Assembly (NCBI RefSeq): GCF_900182835.1
Contig: NZ_FXUB01000001.1
Coordinates: forward strand, 676,945-708,944
Length of the DNA stretch: 32,000 bases
Direction of reading: 5' to 3'
Source of the DNA: Desulfurobacterium pacificum
GTDB lineage: Bacteria > Aquificota > Aquificia > Desulfurobacteriales > Desulfurobacteriaceae
Positions 26,885-32,000 of the stretch are shown one piece after another; the first letter of the stretch is position 1, and every line of letters begins with the position of its first letter. The translations under genes and the position numbers were made by a program. The notes under the pieces are model-generated. The model was not told the DNA's origin. It searched no databases and was given only the letters and a program-made list of their open reading frames with translations.

Positions 26885-27667
26885 TTAAATTGCGGACATA
26901 ATTATAGTCCCTTCTTCAGTAATAGCAACATCGTGTTCAAAGTGAGCAGATAACTTCCCATCTTTAGTCACGACAGTCCATTTATCTCTTTTTACCTTTA
27001 CTTTACCTGTTCCTTCATTTACCATAGGCTCAATGGCAAACGTCATACCAGGCTCTAAAGTAATATCCGGATAACCTCTATAAACGTAATTCGTTATCTG
27101 AGGCTCTTCATGAAGAGAACGACCTATGCCGTGACCAGCATACCCTCTTGTAACGTTAAAACCATGAGATTCCACAAACTTCTGAATTGTTCTGGATATA
27201 TCTATAAGTTTCCCACCAGCCTTTGCTGCTTCAATACCTTTATATAGGGCTTCCCTCGTTACATCAATAAGCTTCTGGGCAGTTTCACTTATCTTTCCTA
27301 CAGGAACTGTTACAGCTACATCACCTATCCAACCATTAACAACAGCTCCAAAATCAAGACTAACTATGTCACCTTCTTTAAAAACCTTCTTTTTAGTCGG
27401 CAATCCATGTACTACTTCTTCATTAACCGAAACACAGATAGCACCGGGAAATCCACCGTATCCCAAAAAGGCAGGTTTAACTCCATACTCTTTGCAATAA
27501 CTACGGGTAAGTTTATCTATATCCAAAGCTGTTATTCCAGGAGCAACCTGCTCTGCAACTCTTAGGAGAATTTCCATAGTAGTAGCCGCTGCTGTTCTTA
27601 AAGCGGCTATCTCCTCAGGAGATTTTAGAATAATCCCATGCTTATTTTTCTTTAACGTCTTAACCAT
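26885..27667 (-). CDS. map: Methionine aminopeptidase type I
   Basis: Metal-ligand motifs are present: [13 protein letters not shown]...DFG, GHGIG...HE and FAIEPM. Confidence 0.95.
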   Translation of the reverse strand: MVKTLKKNKHGIILKSPEEIAALRTAAATTMEILLRVAEQVAPGITALDIDKLTRSYCKEYGVKPAFLGYGGFPGAICVSVNEEVVHGLPTKKKVFKEGDIVSLDFGAVVNGWIGDVAVTVPVGKISETAQKLIDVTREALYKGIEAAKAGGKLIDISRTIQKFVESHGFNVTRGYAGHGIGRSLHEEPQITNYVYRGYPDITLEPGMTFAIEPMVNEGTGKVKVKRDKWTVVTKDGKLSAHFEHDVAITEEGTIIMSAI

Positions 27668-28223
27668 TTAATCCCAAATTCTCCTCAATCTTCTTTGTTA
27701 TCTCATCAATATCACCAACGCCGTTTATCTCAACTAACAATCCTTTCTTGGTATAGTAATCTATCAACGGAGATGTCTGCTCTCTGTAAACCTTTAAGCG
27801 ATTTCTTATTACATCCTCAGTATCGTCAGCCCTACCGCGAGCTAACAACCTTTTTACTATCTCCTCGTCGTCAACGTTAAGATAGATAACCTTATCCAAA
27901 GGCATTCCCAACTCTTCAAGCATCTTGTCTAAAGCTTCAGCTTGAGGCAAAGTCCTCGGAAAACCGTCAAGAATAAATCCATTTTCTTTTACGTCTTCTT
28001 GAGAAAGCCTATCTTTTATTATTCCAATAATAATTTCATCGGGGACAAGTTCACCTTTATCCATATACTCTTTAGCTATTTTCCCCAATTCTGTTCCTTC
28101 TTTTACTGCTGCTCTTAAAATATCACCGGTTGATATATGGGGAACGTTATACTTCTCTGCTATTCTCACCGCCTGAGTACCCTTTCCAGCACCTGGAGGA
28201 CCTAAAAATACCACTCTTATCAT
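27660..28223 (-). CDS. adk: Adenylate kinase (short-LID form)
   Basis: Motifs include GPPGAGKGTQ, HISTGD.LR and LDGFPRT..QA. The LID region is reduced to RGRADDTED with no Cys4/zinc insertion, giving 187 aa. Confidence 0.95.
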   Translation of the reverse strand: MIRVVFLGPPGAGKGTQAVRIAEKYNVPHISTGDILRAAVKEGTELGKIAKEYMDKGELVPDEIIIGIIKDRLSQEDVKENGFILDGFPRTLPQAEALDKMLEELGMPLDKVIYLNVDDEEIVKRLLARGRADDTEDVIRNRLKVYREQTSPLIDYYTKKGLLVEINGVGDIDEITKKIEENLGLNG

Positions 28224-29557
28224 CTTATACCTCCCAAACCAGCGCGAAGCTTTCCTCTTCTCCTTCTGCCCAAAAATCCTTCATAAGAAAACGAAAGCGC
28301 ATACGCTTCCATTCTCCTTAACGTATCAAGAGCAACACCTACAACAATCAGAATGGCTGTTCCACCAAAATAAAAAGGTAACTGCATTTGACGAGTTATT
28401 ATGATAGGAATAACCGCAACAAGCGTTAAGAAAACAGCACCAGCAAAAGTCAACCTGGAAACTATTCTATCTAAATATTTAGCTGTATCTGTTCCTGCTC
28501 TAACTCCAGGAATAAAACCACCTGCTTTATTTAAGTTCTCCGCTATATCTTCAGGATTAAAGATGATAGCAGTGTAAAAGTAGGTAAAGAAGAAAATCAA
28601 AATTGCATAAATAACCAAGTATGCAGTAGAACCCGGTTGTAGAAAATCGTAAATAGCCTGAGCAATGGGATTATGGACAAACCGTGCAATAGTCGCCGGG
28701 AACATTAAAACAGAAGCAGCAAAAATGATAGGTATAACGCCGGCAGGGTTCAACTTTATAGGAAGGTAACTTGAGTAACTTCCTAAAGCCTGAGAACCAG
28801 CAGTTCTTCTTGCATAGTGAAGGGGCACTCTCCTTTCCGCTTCCTGAATATACACAATTGCCGCTATCATTGCTAAAATAATAACGGTTATACCTATCAC
28901 TTTAAACAGAGAGATATCTCCGTTCTTCAACTCTGTAAACAGGGCAATAACAGCATTGGGTATCCTTGAGACTATACCTGCAAAAATCAGAATGGACATT
29001 CCGTTACCGATACCTTTAGCTGTAATCTTCTCTCCAAGCCACATAAGGAAAGTAGCACCAGCCGTTAAACAGGAAACACAAACAAATATGAACGTAAAAC
29101 CATAGTCAGGGACTACTGGTAATCCTGACGGGCTGGTCATTCCTTTTAAACCTATGGCTATACCCAAAGATTGAATAAAAGCTAAAAGAACCGCTCCATA
29201 GCGAGTATACTGGTTAATCTTTTTACGTCCGTACTCTCCTTCCTCTTTAGCCAATTTTTCTAAAGAGGGAAAAGCAACAGTAAGAACCTGCATTATGATT
29301 GCAGCACTGATATAAGGCATAACTCCTAAAGCAAAAATGGTCAACCTACTTAATGCACCACCAGAGAAAACGTCCATAAATCCTAAAACTGTTCCCTGTG
29401 CCTGCTGAAAGAACTCGGAAAGTGCCTGAACGTTGATACCAGGAGTAGGAATGTGCGCTCCCAGCCTGTAAACAGCCAGGAGCAGCATAGTGAAGATAAA
29501 ACGTTTCTTTAATTCCGGAACTTCTTTAACGTTAAGAATTATCTTAGAAAGGTTCAT
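28220..29557 (-). CDS. secY: Preprotein translocase subunit SecY
   Basis: 445 aa with 10 TM segments. Motifs include GIMPYISA.II.Q and GIGNG.S..IF.GI. Confidence 0.97.
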   Translation of the reverse strand: MNLSKIILNVKEVPELKKRFIFTMLLLAVYRLGAHIPTPGINVQALSEFFQQAQGTVLGFMDVFSGGALSRLTIFALGVMPYISAAIIMQVLTVAFPSLEKLAKEEGEYGRKKINQYTRYGAVLLAFIQSLGIAIGLKGMTSPSGLPVVPDYGFTFIFVCVSCLTAGATFLMWLGEKITAKGIGNGMSILIFAGIVSRIPNAVIALFTELKNGDISLFKVIGITVIILAMIAAIVYIQEAERRVPLHYARRTAGSQALGSYSSYLPIKLNPAGVIPIIFAASVLMFPATIARFVHNPIAQAIYDFLQPGSTAYLVIYAILIFFFTYFYTAIIFNPEDIAENLNKAGGFIPGVRAGTDTAKYLDRIVSRLTFAGAVFLTLVAVIPIIITRQMQLPFYFGGTAILIVVGVALDTLRRMEAYALSFSYEGFLGRRRRGKLRAGLGGIR

Positions 29558-29568
29558 TGTTTAGCTCC

Positions 29569-30027
29569 TTAAGCTATCTCCTCACAAACACCGCCAGCAG
29601 CTTCAATCTTCTCCTTAGCTGAAGCAGAAAACTTATGAGCCTTAACGGTAAACTTCTTTGTAACTTCACCGTCTCCTAAAATTTTCACAGGAAGATTTTT
29701 CTTAACCAATCCTACTTCCTCTAAAACTTCAGGAGTAATAACAGCCCCTTCTTCAAACCTATCGTTTAAATCCTTTACGTTAACTATGGCATACTCCTTC
29801 TTAAATGGAGCGTTAGAGAAACCTCTCTTAGGAAATCTCATATATAAAGGTGTCTGTCCACCTTCAAAACCAGGTCTTGTTCCACCTTTCCAGCCAGACC
29901 TTGCCGTTTGTCCTTTTTGACCTCTACCAGAGGTTTTACCGTGTCCGGAACCGTGACCTCTACCAAGCCTCTTCTTCTCTCTAACTGCTCCAGGATTTGG
30001 TTTTAGATTATGTAATTCCAATCCCAT
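29569..30027 (-). CDS. rplO: 50S ribosomal protein L15
   Basis: The sequence reads L..LKP..GA...KKR.GRG.GSG.GKT.GRG.KGQ. The ATG at 30027 lies 1 nt after the rpmD stop and is preferred over the track start at 30048. Confidence 0.95.
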   Translation of the reverse strand: MGLELHNLKPNPGAVREKKRLGRGHGSGHGKTSGRGQKGQTARSGWKGGTRPGFEGGQTPLYMRFPKRGFSNAPFKKEYAIVNVKDLNDRFEEGAVITPEVLEEVGLVKKNLPVKILGDGEVTKKFTVKAHKFSASAKEKIEAAGGVCEEIA

Positions 30028-30028
30028 C

Positions 30029-30214
30029 TTACTCCTCCACAGGTTCAACTTTTATGAGTTCTCTAACTTTATCTATCATACCTTCAATAGCAGGGTTGAG
30101 TTCTTTTACAGTTACAGCACCTCTTTTGTGAAGACCAAGAGCAGCCAATGTGGCTTTTTTTCTCTTGCTCTTACCTGCCAAACCTCTTACGAGAGTTATC
30201 TTAACCTTAGCCAT
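30029..30214 (-). CDS. rpmD: 50S ribosomal protein L30
   Basis: 61 aa, reading [10 protein letters not shown]......TL.ALGL.K. It lies between rpsE and rplO. Confidence 0.95.
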   Translation of the reverse strand: MAKVKITLVRGLAGKSKRKKATLAALGLHKRGAVTVKELNPAIEGMIDKVRELIKVEPVEE

Positions 30215-30216
30215 TA

Positions 30217-30777
30217 TTACCTCCTGATAATTTCACCTTCCTTAGTAATCCTTCTACCAGGTAACTTCCAGCGCTTGCGTAATTCTTCTACTGGAACGCC
30301 GCGGAGCCTTGCAAACTCTTCAGGAGTCTTAAGTTGCTCAAGTCCTTTTAAAACCGCTCTAACAACAGTATGAGGGTTTGTTGAACCGATAACCTTTGTC
30401 AAAACGTCGGTTACACCGGCAGACTCAAGAACGGCACGAACAGGAGCTGAAGCGATAACTCCGGTACCAGGAGCAGCTGGTCTCATTATAACTTTCGAAC
30501 CACCAAACTTGGCTTCAATCTCAAAAGGAATAGTTCCGTCAACAACAGGAACTTTCATTAAGTTCTTCTTTGCATCTTCAACAGCTTTTCTTATAGCATC
30601 TGGTACTTCAGCAGCCTTTCCTCTACCGAAACCGACAACGCCTTTTCCGTCACCTACAACAACAAAAGCTGTAAAGCTAAACTTCCTACCGCCAGTAACG
30701 ACCTTCGCGTTTCTGTTAATATGAACAAGTCTTTCTTTTAATTCAAGTCCTTCAGGTTTTACTCTCTCAGCCATCAA
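30217..30777 (-). CDS. rpsE: 30S ribosomal protein S5
   Basis: Motifs include V.INR..KVV.GGR.F.F.A.VVVGD..G.VG.G.GKA.EV..AI.KA. Confidence 0.97.
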   Translation of the reverse strand: MMAERVKPEGLELKERLVHINRNAKVVTGGRKFSFTAFVVVGDGKGVVGFGRGKAAEVPDAIRKAVEDAKKNLMKVPVVDGTIPFEIEAKFGGSKVIMRPAAPGTGVIASAPVRAVLESAGVTDVLTKVIGSTNPHTVVRAVLKGLEQLKTPEEFARLRGVPVEELRKRWKLPGRRITKEGEIIRR

Positions 30778-30785
30778 TACCTCCT

Positions 30786-31157
30786 TTAAAATTCAAGTCC
30801 ACCTTCTCTTGCCCCTTCGGCAAGCGCTTTAATTCTGCCGTGGTAGATGAAACCACCACGGTCAAATACTACCTTTTTAATGCCTTTTTCTAAAGCTCTC
30901 TGAGCTATGAGCTTTCCTACTTCACGAGCTTCTTCCGTCTTTGTAAGTTCAGCAAGCTTCGGTCTTAACTCCTTATCCAAAGTTGAAGCAGCTACTAAAG
31001 TTACTCCGTTTACATCATCTATTATCTGAGCGTATATGTGCTTAAGGCTTTTATAAACAGCTAATCTCGGTCTTTCCGGTGTGCCGAAAACTTTCTTTCT
31101 CACCCTTCTATGTTTTTTAGCTATCCTTTCACGCCTTGTTAACTTTGCCATCTTCAC
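30786..31157 (-). CDS. rplR: 50S ribosomal protein L18
   Basis: Motifs include R.RR..R.RKK..GT.ERPRL.V..S.KHIYAQ.IDD and [22 protein letters not shown]. The start could be the third codon (ATG at 31151). Confidence 0.95.
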   Translation of the reverse strand: MKMAKLTRRERIAKKHRRVRKKVFGTPERPRLAVYKSLKHIYAQIIDDVNGVTLVAASTLDKELRPKLAELTKTEEAREVGKLIAQRALEKGIKKVVFDRGGFIYHGRIKALAEGAREGGLEF

Positions 31158-31172
31158 TCTCCTTATTTAGTG

Positions 31173-31715
31173 TTACTTCTTAGCAGACTTACCAGCTTTG
31201 AGAATGATTCTCTCGCCTCTGTATCTGATACCTTTACCCTTGTAAGGCTCAGGTGGTCTGAAGGAACGAATTTCAGCAGCTACCTGTCCAACTTTTTGCT
31301 TATCTATACCGCGAACGAAGATGTTGTTATCCCTATCAACTTCAATCTGAATACCTTCAGGTATCTTGTAGAGAACAGGATGGGAAAAACCAAGGTGAAG
31401 CTCAAGAGTATCGCCTTTAACGAAGGCTCTATAACCAAGACCCTTTACTTCAAGAACTTTCTCAAATCCTTTAGAAACTCCAATAACCATGTTGTTAATT
31501 AAAGCCCTCGTTGTTCCGTGCAAAGCTCTCATTTGCTTCTCATCGTTAGGCCTTTCAACGATAACTTTGTTATCTTCAACTTTAATAGTGAGTTTAGGGT
31601 TAAACGTGTATTCAAGCTGTCCCTTAGGACCTTTAACTATTACGTGGTTTCCAGGTTTAACTTCAACAGTTACTCCTTGCGGTATCTCAACTGGCAACCT
31701 TCCAATTCTTGACAT
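31173..31715 (-). CDS. rplF: 50S ribosomal protein L6
   Basis: The N-terminus is MSRIG..P..IP.GV.V, and the motif PEPYKGKGIRY is present. Confidence 0.97.
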   Translation of the reverse strand: MSRIGRLPVEIPQGVTVEVKPGNHVIVKGPKGQLEYTFNPKLTIKVEDNKVIVERPNDEKQMRALHGTTRALINNMVIGVSKGFEKVLEVKGLGYRAFVKGDTLELHLGFSHPVLYKIPEGIQIEVDRDNNIFVRGIDKQKVGQVAAEIRSFRPPEPYKGKGIRYRGERIILKAGKSAKK

Positions 31716-31736
31716 CTTTCCACTCCTTCAATGGTT

Positions 31737-32000
31737 TTACCATACGTAGCAAAGAACTTCTCCACCAACGCCCATCTTCCTGGCTTTATAACCAGGGATA
31801 ATACCTTTGTTGGTAGAAAGAATAGCTACTCCAAGTCCTGCTTTTACAAGAGGAATTTCATCCTTTCCAACGTAAATTCTTCTACCAGGCTTAGAAACTC
31901 TCTTAATTTCGTTGATTACTCTTTCTCTATTAGGACCGTACTTGAGATGAACGCGAATAAGCTTCTTCTTGTTGTTAGGGTCTTTAGCCTTCTTAAAAGG
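31737..32000 (-). CDS. rpsH: 30S ribosomal protein S8 (3' part; the gene runs off the right edge of the window)
   Basis: My own translation of the minus strand ends ...[20 protein letters not shown], the typical S8 C-terminus. There is no start codon within the window. Confidence 0.9.
   Translation of the reverse strand, partial: PFKKAKDPNNKKKLIRVHLKYGPNRERVINEIKRVSKPGRRIYVGKDEIPLVKAGLGVAILSTNKGIIPGYKARKMGVGGEVLCYVW

Noticed and set aside
1-32000. CRISPR arrays, tRNA/rRNA genes, transposases, integrases and IS inverted repeats.
   Set aside because: Scanning the intergenic regions by eye showed no regularly spaced direct repeats, no tRNA-like T-loop/acceptor patterns and no recombinase-like ORFs.

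Overview
This is a bacterial chromosomal window. The proteins are K/E/I-rich, Arg codons are mostly AGA/AGG, and bpsA and cimA are present. Together these suggest a thermophile, possibly Aquificota-like, but that is inference only.

The window splits into two parts.

(1) Positions 1-7446 form an AT-richer accessory island with no recognisable integrase, tRNA or CRISPR array. Its core is a minus-strand cluster:
- a long, apparently catalytic prokaryotic Argonaute (687 aa, DEDH tetrad, YKQK MID motif);
- a DUF2283-like 99-aa gene, probably translationally coupled to it (9-nt gap);
- after a 130-nt gap containing a plausible promoter, a ribbon-helix-helix protein;
- a 548-aa HslU-like AAA+ unfoldase that lacks the HslV-docking C-terminus and instead carries a ~150-aa extension with an acidic Trp-containing tail.

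Divergent from the pAgo gene are a membrane-anchored protein with a highly acidic tail holding four Trp in its last 22 residues, a tandem family of 23-36 aa hydrophobic peptide genes, and several unrecognisable small ORFs. I consider the pAgo + DUF2283 + RHH + HslV-less HslU paralog cluster the best candidate for an undescribed system.

(2) Positions 7447-32000 are ordinary housekeeping DNA: uvrA, a porin-pstS pair, purH, alr, lysC, cimA, a speB-speE-bpsA polyamine operon, minCDE, and the 3' part of the ribosomal-protein cluster (rpsH partial, rplF, rplR, rpsE, rpmD, rplO, secY, adk, map, infA, rpmJ, rpsM, rpsK, rpsD, rpoA, rplQ).

All protein-family calls come from motif recognition by eye and memory. 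No searches were run.
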